Below the pieces are notes generated by a model that saw only the letters and a list, made by a program, of their open reading frames with translations, did not search any database and was not told the DNA's origin. Of a DNA stretch of 64,000 nucleotides, positions 46,710 to 55,099 are shown piece by piece (position 1 is the stretch's first letter; each line of letters opens with the position of its first letter). The stretch is taken from the NCBI GenBank assembly GCA_001805105.1, contig MHEE01000013.1, forward strand, positions 23,826 to 87,825, written 5' to 3'. The DNA comes from Nitrospirae bacterium GWF2_44_13. GTDB taxonomy: Bacteria > Nitrospirota > Thermodesulfovibrionia > Thermodesulfovibrionales > UBA1546. The position numbers were made by a program, and so were the translations under genes.

Positions 46710-46906
46710 ACTTACCCCCTTTATTTCCCTCTGCTGTCAGCTAACTTAAAAACAACGCAAAATACAAATCCGATAAAACAACTGCCTGTATTTAATGCAG
46801 GACTTTCAAAAAAATTTAAGCAGTCTTTGTATTTGTAAGTGTTACATACTATTCTAAACATTGGGTTTTTTCAAGAAAAAAATAAAAATTATTCTATTAA
46901 TTTTTC

Positions 46907-47512
46907 TTATAAACCCCTTTTAAGAAAGTCATAAAGCCTTCCAAGCGCCACGCCCCTGTGGCTGAGAAGGTCTTTTTCCTTATCTGACATCTCTGCAAAT
47001 GTCCTTCCATGCCCTTTTGGATAAAAAACAGGGTCGTATCCAAACCCGTTAGCCCCTTTTGGCTTCTTTCCTATCAACCCCTCCGCATATCCTGAAAAAG
47101 TTTCCACCCTGCTGTCAGGAAATGCCAGAGCTATAACACACACAAACCTCCCGATTCTTTTATCATCAGGCAGAGAATTCATTTCCTTCAGCAGCTTTTC
47201 ATAATTTTTTATGTCCTTTCTGTCGTCTGCGCCTTCTCCTGCATACCTCGCAGAGAAAACTCCGGGCGCTCCGTCCAAGGCGTAAACCTCAAGCCCCGAG
47301 TCATCGGCAAGGGCAGGCATCTTCGTATATTTTGAAACAGCCCTTGCCTTCTTCACGGCATTTTCTTCAAAGGTCTTGCCGTCTTCTTCAACTTTAGGGC
47401 ATTCGGGAAAATCATCAAGCGTGTAGATAGTGACAGGCATATCCTTCACAATCCTCTTTATCTCTTCAACCTTTTTCTTGTTTCTCGTTGCAAGGACTAT
47501 GTTCAAATCCAC
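46907..47512 (-). CDS. rdgB: non-canonical purine NTP pyrophosphatase (RdgB/HAM1)
   Basis: ORF track, 201 aa. ATRNKKKVEE, DDSGLEV and FGYDPVF motifs. Confidence 0.9.
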   Translation of the reverse strand: MDLNIVLATRNKKKVEEIKRIVKDMPVTIYTLDDFPECPKVEEDGKTFEENAVKKARAVSKYTKMPALADDSGLEVYALDGAPGVFSARYAGEGADDRKDIKNYEKLLKEMNSLPDDKRIGRFVCVIALAFPDSRVETFSGYAEGLIGKKPKGANGFGYDPVFYPKGHGRTFAEMSDKEKDLLSHRGVALGRLYDFLKRGL

Positions 47513-47563
47513 ACCTCAAAAATATGTAATGATACTCAGACTACGAGCCTGCCTCTGGCTTCC

Positions 47564-47895
47564 CCTAAAAATCAGGAAACATCTTGATTGAAAGCTCTTT
47601 ATTATCGCCAATAACCGCCTTTGCTGTAAGAATACCACCCTCAACATAGGCAAGGCTGAACTCCTTAAAACCTCTGCGGACGAATTCCTTTGCATCAGCA
47701 GGGCATCCTCTCTCGCACCCTGCTATCCCCCTCACCATTTGCGGGATCAGCCTCTTACATCAACGCCGTTAATAGCAGCGCCTTTTGAAGAACAGAATGC
47801 CCCTATCTGTCCTACAACAAAATCCACATCAATGTGGAATGGACTTTCGATGGCAATAGATATTGAATCACTTCCAACGCCAACGCTAATCTCCA
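47564..47895 (-). other. two adjacent short ORFs in different frames (49 aa + 57 aa); possibly one frameshifted gene of unknown function
   Basis: Manual translation. ORF1, 47895..47746: MEISVGVGSDSISIAIESPFHIDVDFVVGQIGAFCSSKGAAINGVDVRG*. ORF2, 47737..47564: MVRGIAGCERGCPADAKEFVRRGFKEFSLAYVEGGILTAKAVIGDNKELSIKMFPDF*. The ORF2 frame is open back to 47758 and so overlaps the ORF1 end. A TATAAT lies upstream at ~47972-47977 (minus strand). Confidence 0.3.
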
Positions 47896-48056
47896 TTGAT
47901 TCCCCCAAGGTGTTATTAAACTCCTGCGCTCTGACACTTTGATACTTTTGTTTTTCTTATGTGACAGCGTGGTATTATAGATTGATAACGCATCAGGCTT
48001 CAAGCTATATTGCATTTTTTGAAATGTTTCTACAAAATACCCTTACGGCGGCTGTT

Positions 48057-48737
48057 ATGAAAAAAGTCATTGTCACGGAAGATATTATCAGGATACTGAA
48101 AAAAGAGCAGAGCTTTCTTGACAGGTCCGGGTTCATGCTGCTGCCTGCCGGCTCGAACGGGGATGTCCTTGCCATTCATAAAAAAGAAAAGGCAGACCTC
48201 ATCGTGGCAAGCCTTGACTCAACTCCGGGCATCCCGGGGGAGACCCTCTGTTCCATCATACGCGAAGACCCTGAGATGTGCGCTGTCTCAATCATCATTG
48301 TCTGCTCCTCAGAGTCAGATTCAGACAGGTGCATGGCTTGCAAGGCTAACGCATTTCTCCCAAGCGCTGTAAGTTCGGCTATCCTTCTTCAGGAGATGCA
48401 CAGGCTGCTTAATATAGCTGCGAGGGGCTTTTGCAGGGTTCCACTTAAGATAAAGCTGGAGGGCAAAAAAACAGAGGCCTCATTTTCAGGCAGCGTAGAA
48501 AACATAAGCGCTTCAGGGATGCTGTTCAGTTCAGGCTCAGAGCTTTTTGAGGGCGATACGATAGCATGTTCATTCTCTCTTCCGGGCTCCGGAAGCACAA
48601 CAGCCGAGGCAGAGATTGTTCGCATTATAGAAAAAGAATCCAAAGACAAGCAGAACCTCTACGGAATATCTTTTACAGACCCTGACAACAACCTCATTTC
48701 AGCGATAGAGAATTTTATAACTAAAAAAAGTCCGTGA
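48057..48737 (+). CDS. receiver-like domain + PilZ domain protein
   Basis: ORF track (47961..48737). N-terminal CheY-like fold (KKVIVTED...DLIVASLD). C-terminal PilZ motifs RGFCR (RxxxR) and ENISASGML (D/NxSxxG). Start choice is uncertain. Confidence 0.65.
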   Translation: MKKVIVTEDIIRILKKEQSFLDRSGFMLLPAGSNGDVLAIHKKEKADLIVASLDSTPGIPGETLCSIIREDPEMCAVSIIIVCSSESDSDRCMACKANAFLPSAVSSAILLQEMHRLLNIAARGFCRVPLKIKLEGKKTEASFSGSVENISASGMLFSSGSELFEGDTIACSFSLPGSGSTTAEAEIVRIIEKESKDKQNLYGISFTDPDNNLISAIENFITKKSP

Positions 48738-48830
48738 AACAAGCGCAGGGGCTTCAGGGCTCAGAAGCAAACATGCCCCTTGAACTTTTACACATAGCGG
48801 CGTCTCTTTTTTAAAACTTCGTGGCTTAAG

Positions 48831-49979
48831 ATGAAAAAAACAAGAATTCTCATAACATGCCCCAAAGGAATTTCTCCATATCTTAAGGAAGAAATCCTGA
48901 GACTTGAATTCCCTGTCAAGTCCGATTCTGTTTCATGGGTTGAAACTGAGGGTTTCATGGAAGATACAATGAGGCTTAACCTTTTTTTAAGAACAGGCCA
49001 CAGGGTCCTCTATCACATCAGAGATTTCAATGCATCTAATCCTGAAGAGCTTTACGCTGAAGTCAGGAAAATACAATGGGAGGATTATCTTCATGAGGAT
49101 GGATATGTATGCGTAACATCATCAGTTAAAAACTCAACAATAAACGATACAAGATACCCAAATCTTAAATGTAAAGATGCAATAGCAGACAGGATGTCAG
49201 AGAAGTTTGGAAGGAGGCCTGACTCGGGCCCGCTGAGGGACAGGGCCGTCATCCACCTTTACTGGGAAGATAAAGATTGCAGCATATATATAGATACTTC
49301 CGGCGAACCCCTGTCCAAAAGGAGATACAGAAAAATCCCATTTAGGGCGCCGATGCAGGAAACTCTCGCTGCCGCTGTTATCATGGCAACAGGATGGAGC
49401 GGGGAGGGGAATTTCATAAACCCCATGTGCGGAAGCGGAACACTCGCTATAGAAGCAGCCAGTATTGCTCTGAACAGGCCGCCGGGCCTTCTCAGAGACA
49501 ACTTCGGCTTTATGCACATAAAAGGATTTAATAAGGAATTATGGGAACGCTTAAGGGAAAATGCAAAGTCCTCAATAAAAAAGCGGCTTGACTTCAGGAT
49601 AATAGCATCTGACGTAAGCAGTAAGGCCATAGAAGCTGCAAAAAATAATGCGGAAACAGCAGGCGTTGCACACCTCATCGAATTTCATGTCTGCGATTTC
49701 AGAGAAACACCGGTTCCGGAAGGAGGAGGGATAGTTATACTGAATCCTGAATATGGAGAGAGGATGGGAGAGGAAAAAGCTCTTGAAGATACATACGAGG
49801 GAATAGGCGATTTTTTCAAACAGAAATGCAAGGGCTACACAGGCTGCATATTCACGGGAAATCTTAACCTCGCAAAGAAGGTGGGACTTAAGGCAAAGAG
49901 GCGCATACAGTTCTTTAACGGCAGTATTGAATGCAGGCTGCTGGAATACGAGTTATACGAAGGAAGCAGGAAGCCCTAA
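48831..49979 (+). CDS. THUMP-domain class I SAM-dependent RNA methyltransferase (RlmL/UPF0020-like)
   Basis: ORF track, 382 aa. N-terminal THUMP, DPMCGSGT-like INPMCGSGTLAIEAA SAM motif, and ILNPEYGERM (N/DPPY-like) motif. Confidence 0.8.
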   Translation: MKKTRILITCPKGISPYLKEEILRLEFPVKSDSVSWVETEGFMEDTMRLNLFLRTGHRVLYHIRDFNASNPEELYAEVRKIQWEDYLHEDGYVCVTSSVKNSTINDTRYPNLKCKDAIADRMSEKFGRRPDSGPLRDRAVIHLYWEDKDCSIYIDTSGEPLSKRRYRKIPFRAPMQETLAAAVIMATGWSGEGNFINPMCGSGTLAIEAASIALNRPPGLLRDNFGFMHIKGFNKELWERLRENAKSSIKKRLDFRIIASDVSSKAIEAAKNNAETAGVAHLIEFHVCDFRETPVPEGGGIVILNPEYGERMGEEKALEDTYEGIGDFFKQKCKGYTGCIFTGNLNLAKKVGLKAKRRIQFFNGSIECRLLEYELYEGSRKP

Positions 49980-50004
49980 TCCGTCTGATGTATAATAAAC
50001 AGCC

Positions 50005-50985
50005 ATGCTTTCCATCGGACACATAAGGGTTAATTCTCCGTTAGTGCTTGCTCCCATGGCAGGTATAAGCGACCTGCCTTTCCGCATGATTAACAGGCCG
50101 TTCGGCTGTGAACTCGCATTCACAGAGATGATAAACGCCGGCTCGCTTGTGAGACAAAATGCAGCCACACTGAAAAACCTTTCTACGACAGTTGGTGACA
50201 GGCCCTTGGGTGTCCAGCTTCTCGGAGCAGATACTGATGTTATCAGAAGGGCTGTTGATATTGTATCAGGATATGCTTTCGATATAATAGATTTCAACGC
50301 AGCGTGTCCCGTAAACAAGATTGTATCAAGGGGCGAAGGCGCAGGGCTTCTCATGGAACCTCTGAGGCTGCAAAAAATCCTGACGATAATCGTAGAAAAT
50401 ACAGACAGGCCTGTTACAGTAAAGATACGCTCCGGCTGGGATGAATCATCTGTCAACGCATCCGAGACTGCGCTGCGCGCACAGGATGCCGGCGTTAAAG
50501 CCGTCATTATACACGGCAGGACAAGGCAGCAGGCATACAAGGGGAAGGTAGATTACGACATAATAAGAGGGGTGAAAGAGTCTGTTCAGATACCTGTAAT
50601 AGCCAGCGGTGATGCGCTTTCGCCGGAATTAATCAGAAAACTTTTTGATGAGACCGGCTGTGACGGCGTGGCTGTGGCGCGAGGCGCTCTCGGCAATCCA
50701 TGGATATTCAGAGAAACGGAAGAGCTTCTGAAAAAAGGTTCAGCGCCTTTAAGGCCTGATGTTCATGAGATTACTCAAACAATGAAAAAACATCTTGCTC
50801 TAAATATCTCATTCCACAGCGAGGAAAGAGGAGTCCTGCGTTTCAGGAAATTCTTTGGATGGTATACAAGGGGGATGCCGGTAAAGAGGCTAAAAATGAG
50901 GGCATTCCATTCAATAACCGGAGAAGACATGCAGCGTCTGATAGAAGAAGTGGAGGAGGATTATGTTTCTAAAAGTCGGGCATAG
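50005..50985 (+). CDS. dusB: tRNA-dihydrouridine synthase
   Basis: ORF track, 326 aa. LAPMAGISDLPFR, DFNAACP, VKIRSGWD and HGRTRQQ motifs. Confidence 0.9.
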   Translation: MLSIGHIRVNSPLVLAPMAGISDLPFRMINRPFGCELAFTEMINAGSLVRQNAATLKNLSTTVGDRPLGVQLLGADTDVIRRAVDIVSGYAFDIIDFNAACPVNKIVSRGEGAGLLMEPLRLQKILTIIVENTDRPVTVKIRSGWDESSVNASETALRAQDAGVKAVIIHGRTRQQAYKGKVDYDIIRGVKESVQIPVIASGDALSPELIRKLFDETGCDGVAVARGALGNPWIFRETEELLKKGSAPLRPDVHEITQTMKKHLALNISFHSEERGVLRFRKFFGWYTRGMPVKRLKMRAFHSITGEDMQRLIEEVEEDYVSKSRA

Positions 50986-51619
50986 AGGAGCAAGGGCATA
51001 CGAGGTTGAGAACACTCTTGACAGCTTTAAGAAGGCTATTGAGCTTGGCGTAAATGCTATTGAATTTGACGTGAGGGCATCAAAGGACGGAAAGCTTATT
51101 GTCTTTCACGACGATAACCTGAAAAGGGTATTTGGAAAGGACATCGAGTTAAATGCTTCGCCATTAAAAGAACTAAAGCATCTCACGGAAAACAAAATCC
51201 CGGCCCTTGAAGAGGCATTGCAATTCATCGGGAGAAAGGTAGAGAGGATACTCATTGAGCTGAAAGAAACAGGTTACGAAAAGAAAGTCCTTGCGGTTAT
51301 AAAGAAAGAAAAGCTCCTGGACCGCGCAATTATTGTCTCGTTCCATGAAGAGGCGCTCTCTGAAATCAGAAAACTGGACAGCGGGATTGAGACAGGGCTC
51401 ATCTATGCGAGGCACAAGAATCCTATATCTTCAGCCTTGAAATTAAAGGCGCAGTATCTCGTTGCCCTCTATAAGTTTACTCATACAAAAAATATTGAAG
51501 ACGCGCATAAGAAAAACCTCAAGGTAATTGTCTGGACGATTAATACAAAAGAAGAGGCAGAAGAATACCGCGCCAAAGGCGTTGACGGGATTGCAAGCGA
51601 TAAGCCGGATGTTCTGTAA
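50963..51619 (+). CDS. glycerophosphodiester phosphodiesterase family protein
   Basis: ORF track, 218 aa. GHRGA..ENT and IEFDVR GDPD motifs. Confidence 0.8.
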   Translation: MFLKVGHRGARAYEVENTLDSFKKAIELGVNAIEFDVRASKDGKLIVFHDDNLKRVFGKDIELNASPLKELKHLTENKIPALEEALQFIGRKVERILIELKETGYEKKVLAVIKKEKLLDRAIIVSFHEEALSEIRKLDSGIETGLIYARHKNPISSALKLKAQYLVALYKFTHTKNIEDAHKKNLKVIVWTINTKEEAEEYRAKGVDGIASDKPDVL

Positions 51620-51683
51620 CTGCGCATTGACACAATGCCTTAAACCCGTTATTGTAAAACCATATATACCAAAGGAGGCGCTC

Positions 51684-51863
51684 ATGAAAATCGAACTTGA
51701 AGGCACATTGATAAAAATGATACCTGAAAACGACAGAGAGAAAAATGAACTCAACCAACTCTGGGTAATCCTCATAGACTGCGTTAAAGAAAACAAGAAG
51801 CTTGTTCCTGTCGGGCAGTATCTTCAGGGCATGAAAGAAATAGCTACGTTTAATATCGAATAG
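51684..51863 (+). CDS. hypothetical small protein (59 aa)
   Basis: Part of ORF-track entry 51528..51863. The internal ATG at 51684 is preceded by AAAGGAGG, and the upstream part overlaps the GDPD gene. Confidence 0.45.
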   Translation: MKIELEGTLIKMIPENDREKNELNQLWVILIDCVKENKKLVPVGQYLQGMKEIATFNIE

Positions 51864-51888
51864 CGCCGTTTAAAGCCATGACATATTT

Positions 51889-52296
51889 ATGAAAAAAAAC
51901 CGTGTAGTATGCGCCGGAACGTTTGACCATTTTCACCCTGGGCATATTGATTTTTTGAAACAGGCGAAGGTTCTTGGGGATGAACTCGTTGTTATTGTTG
52001 CAAGGGATGAGAATGTCAAACGGATAAAAGGCATTATGCCTGAGCACAATGAAGAACAGCGCCGGGAGAATGTTGAAAAAATCGGTATACCTGACAGTGT
52101 TATTCTCGGATACACGGATAAGGATATTTTCTTGATACTGAAAGAACTCAAGCCTGACATAATCGCACTCGGATACGACCAGCGCGTAAGCGAAGAATCT
52201 GTAGTCAAAAGGCTTCCTAATTGCAAGGTCGTCAGGCTAAAGCCGTTCCATCCCGACAAATACAAATCGTCATATTTCAGAGCAAAGGCAAGATAA
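51889..52296 (+). CDS. cytidylyltransferase-fold nucleotidyltransferase, archaeal RibL-like FAD synthetase
   Basis: ORF track, 135 aa. VVCAGTFDHFHPGHIDFLKQAKVLGDELVVIVARDENVKRIKG closely recalls archaeal RibL (FMN adenylyltransferase). Recognition is from memory. Confidence 0.55.
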   Translation: MKKNRVVCAGTFDHFHPGHIDFLKQAKVLGDELVVIVARDENVKRIKGIMPEHNEEQRRENVEKIGIPDSVILGYTDKDIFLILKELKPDIIALGYDQRVSEESVVKRLPNCKVVRLKPFHPDKYKSSYFRAKAR

Positions 52297-52335
52297 AAAA
52301 GGGCCCGCCCCGATAATATCGGGACAAGCCCTTTT
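52297..52335. terminator. bidirectional terminator between the convergent ribL-like gene and atpE
   Basis: Outer stem AAAAGGGC/GCCCTTTT encloses inner stem CCCGATA/TATCGGG. T-runs follow on both strands. Confidence 0.7.
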
Positions 52336-52355
52336 AAACTAATCAGTTTCCTTTT

Positions 52356-52703
52356 TTAAAAGAAGAGTTTCTGGTTGATTAGGATACCCAATGCCACGAG
52401 CAGCGCATAGATTGCCAGAGACTCTATCATCGCAAGGCCGATGATCAGAAGGAGCTGAATCTTTGCGGTTGCACCAGGATTTCTGGCTGCACCTTCACAT
52501 GCCTTGCTAAGACCGATGCCCTGCCCAATGCCTGTGCCTAATGCAGCTATGCCTATTGCAAGCCCGGCAGCAAGAACTGCCATTGCCTTAACAGAAGAAT
52601 CACCAGATGCTACAGCCTTTGCTTCTTCTGCAAAAACAAATGGAGCAAGCAAACAGACAAGAGCAAGTGTCATTAAAATTACTGCGATTATTTTTCTCAT
52701 CAC
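52356..52703 (-). CDS. atpE: F-type ATP synthase subunit c with N-terminal hydrophobic extension
   Basis: ORF track, 115 aa. GTGIGQG ... ARNPG ... MIESLAIY hairpin, plus a ~35-aa signal-peptide-like N-terminus. Confidence 0.9.
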   Translation of the reverse strand: MMRKIIAVILMTLALVCLLAPFVFAEEAKAVASGDSSVKAMAVLAAGLAIGIAALGTGIGQGIGLSKACEGAARNPGATAKIQLLLIIGLAMIESLAIYALLVALGILINQKLFF

Positions 52704-52732
52704 TTTTCCCTCCTTTCTTTCAAACTCGTATT

Positions 52733-53428
52733 TTAATGTCCTTCTTCTACAGCGCCGGCAAGATATAGAGTGGTAAGAAGGACAAAGACAAATGCCTGTA
52801 TCAGACTAACTAGCGTCCCAAGTCCGAGTATAAGAATCGGAATAAACAATGGGGCAAGCGTTGCAAGCACACCAAGCATTATATGCTTTGCCGCCATGTT
52901 CCCGAAAAGCCTCACCGAAAGAGTAACAGGCCTGACAAGATGACCTATAAATTCTATTAAAAACATCAATACCATCAGCGGCAGTGCAAATACAGAACGA
53001 ATTGGGCCGAGGAAATGATTTAGGTATTTTATCCCATGAATCTTAATCCCGTAATAATGCGTTGCCAGAAACACAGGTATTGCCATTGCTGCATTTGTAT
53101 TTATGTTGCTCGTGGGAGAAGCAAACCCCGGGATGAGACCCATAAAATTGCAAATGAGTATAAACATGAACAATGTGCCGATCAAAGGGAAAAGAGTTCT
53201 GCCCCAGTGGTGACCTATGTTTTCTTCTGTGAGCTTAAGAAATGTCTCAACAACTACCTCAATAAAATTCTGGAAGCCTGTCGGCACCATTCTGAGAGAA
53301 CGCCTTATAACAAGCGCAGATGTTATAAGTATAACCGATGCCAGGACTGCATACGTAACATTATGTGGAATCTTATTTGGATCTATAATTGCGTCCATTA
53401 AAAGCACTTCGTGCATGCCAGCTGCCAT
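52733..53428 (-). CDS. atpB: F-type ATP synthase subunit a
   Basis: ORF track, 231 aa. Conserved LSVRLFGNM (essential Arg) block, polytopic. Confidence 0.9.
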   Translation of the reverse strand: MAAGMHEVLLMDAIIDPNKIPHNVTYAVLASVILITSALVIRRSLRMVPTGFQNFIEVVVETFLKLTEENIGHHWGRTLFPLIGTLFMFILICNFMGLIPGFASPTSNINTNAAMAIPVFLATHYYGIKIHGIKYLNHFLGPIRSVFALPLMVLMFLIEFIGHLVRPVTLSVRLFGNMAAKHIMLGVLATLAPLFIPILILGLGTLVSLIQAFVFVLLTTLYLAGAVEEGH

Positions 53429-53545
53429 AAAAGCCTCCTCTACGTAATCATAGACTACGGGAAAAATCGTTGATATCTTAATTAAAATTCCAACTCAAAG
53501 TCAAGGATTTTAGCATGGGATATGTTATATAAAAAATTTATGAAT

Positions 53546-54412
53546 CTATAATGCGCGTACTGTAACAATCCTCTCTATGCCTGCATAGTCCTTAATAACA
53601 GAGATATTCCGGAAACCGTTCTGCATAGCGATTTCTGAGACTTCCGCTGCCTGTCCTTCTCCGATTTCAAGAAAGACAACTCCGTTGAGCATCAGGTATT
53701 TGCGCGCCTCCGAAAGTATTGTCCTGTAATAATTGAGCCCATCCTCGCCGCCGTCAAGCGCATTCCTCGGCTCCCACTTCTTTATCTCGGGCTGAAGATT
53801 CGCTATGTCACTGCTTCTGATATATGGAGGGTTTGAGACAATCATATTAAAAGTGACGGGTGACGGGTGACGAGTCACAAGTTGCTTTAAAGGCTCAAAC
53901 AGCGAGCCCTTAAGAAATGTTACATTCCTTATATCGTTAAGCCTTGCATTCTCATTTGCGTACCTTATCGCATCTTTTGATATGTCAGTCCCGTATACCT
54001 CGGCGTCAGGGAAACGCTTTGCTATCGCAAGCGCAAGGCATCCGCTCCCTGTGCAGAGGTCAAGGACTGTGAACTGTGAACTGTGGACTGTGAACTGCTT
54101 TATAACTTCTTCTGCCAGTAATTCCGTCTCAGGCCTCGGAATAAGAACGCCTTTGCCAACCTTTATCTTTAATCCGTAAAATTCCACATATCCGAGGATA
54201 TACTGAAGCGGCTCTCTCTGAGCGCACCTCCGAAGAACAACATCGACGTCCTTTATATTTTTTTCAGAAAGAACAGGGTTATCTCTGTAAAGCGCCGTCT
54301 TGTCTATGCCGAGACAATGAGTAACAATAATTTCCGATTCTTTATGAGCATCGTCAATGCCGCAATTTTCAAGAAACGCTGTGATCTCTTTTATTTTCTC
54401 AAGAGCCTTCAT
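53546..54412 (-). CDS. prmC: peptide chain release factor N5-glutamine methyltransferase
   Basis: ORF track, 288 aa. LDLCTGSGCLA SAM motif and IVSNPPYI catalytic motif. Confidence 0.9.
   Translation of the reverse strand: MKALEKIKEITAFLENCGIDDAHKESEIIVTHCLGIDKTALYRDNPVLSEKNIKDVDVVLRRCAQREPLQYILGYVEFYGLKIKVGKGVLIPRPETELLAEEVIKQFTVHSSQFTVLDLCTGSGCLALAIAKRFPDAEVYGTDISKDAIRYANENARLNDIRNVTFLKGSLFEPLKQLVTRHPSPVTFNMIVSNPPYIRSSDIANLQPEIKKWEPRNALDGGEDGLNYYRTILSEARKYLMLNGVVFLEIGEGQAAEVSEIAMQNGFRNISVIKDYAGIERIVTVRAL
53853..53880. repeat. in-frame heptanucleotide array inside prmC (GTGACGG GTGACGG GTGACGA GTCACAA)
   Basis: Read directly. On the coding (minus) strand it encodes LVTRHPSPVT just before NMIVSNPPY. 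Confidence 0.85.
54065..54099. repeat. in-frame heptanucleotide array inside prmC (GACTGTG AACTGTG AACTGTG GACTGTG AACTGCT)
   Basis: Read directly. Encodes QFTVHSSQFTV immediately before LDLCTGSG. Confidence 0.85.
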
Positions 54413-54542
54413 GGTATTTATTACTATATCATTAATAAAGCACAGGAAGGCGAAATTTGAAGATCAGCCTGGAGCTGGCGTAGGATGCAAACAGAGTTCC
54501 GACAGACCTTATTTCTATCTCCCTGCTGAGCCTGAAATGTTC

Positions 54543-54572
54543 TTGTCACTGATTAGTTTATTATGATATTAT
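54543..54572 (+). promoter_or_regulatory. sigma70-like promoter TTGTCA-N18-TATTAT upstream of the DsrE-like gene
   Basis: Read directly. Same -35 hexamer and spacing as the promoters at 25262 and 27634. Confidence 0.4.
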
Positions 54573-54649
54573 TTGACCCATGAAGGGGAAAAGACCCCAA
54601 GAATATAGTAATTGTTAAAAGAAAAATAAATACATAAGGAGTATTCAAC

Positions 54650-54970
54650 ATGAAAATTGGAGTGCTTATTTCGAGCGATGATGCAGAAACCTGCTGGAAT
54701 GCATTAAGATATGCTAATTTCTGTATTGGACAAAAAGACGAAGTGAAAGTCTTTCTTACAGGAAAAGGTGTTGAATACCAACAGATCAGCACCGATAAGT
54801 TCAACACCATTGAGCAAGCCGCTAAATTTCTACAAACTGGCGGGAAGATTTTCGCTTGTGGAACATGCATCAAATCCCGTTCACAAGAAGGCTCTGAAAT
54901 GTGTCCAATTTCAACAATGAAGGACATGTATGAGATAATAAAAGAAAGTGACAAGATTATTACTTTTTAA
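54650..54970 (+). CDS. DsrE/DsrF-like family protein
   Basis: ORF track, 106 aa. MKIGVLISS...VKVFLTGKGV...IFACGTC pattern of the DsrE/YchN fold. AAGGAG RBS. Confidence 0.7.
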   Translation: MKIGVLISSDDAETCWNALRYANFCIGQKDEVKVFLTGKGVEYQQISTDKFNTIEQAAKFLQTGGKIFACGTCIKSRSQEGSEMCPISTMKDMYEIIKESDKIITF

Positions 54971-55099
54971 CAAGTCAATACAGCTGACCGTCGCTCCGCT
55001 CCGGCAGCTGATTTCGGATGTTCGGAGGAAAAGTGGTACCCTCCAAGAAATAGTAATGCCACGTAACCAGTTGAAAAGAAATACACAAGGAGAGCAATA

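Noticed and set aside
47746-47748. The TGA ending the 49-aa ORF as a possible selenocysteine or read-through codon joining it to the downstream ORF.
   Set aside because: The same frame has another TGA 12 nt later and then a TAG. The downstream ORF is in a different frame. A frameshift, or two separate small genes, fits better.
55024-55057. The SDR leader hairpin plus A-rich tail (GGAGG-AAAAGTGGTAC-CCTCC-AAGAAATAGTAAT) looked superficially like a preQ1-I riboswitch.
   Set aside because: The related leader at 54585 has only a 6-nt loop, which cannot form the pseudoknot. The conserved preQ1 loop nucleotides are not evident, and the downstream genes are unrelated to queuosine metabolism.
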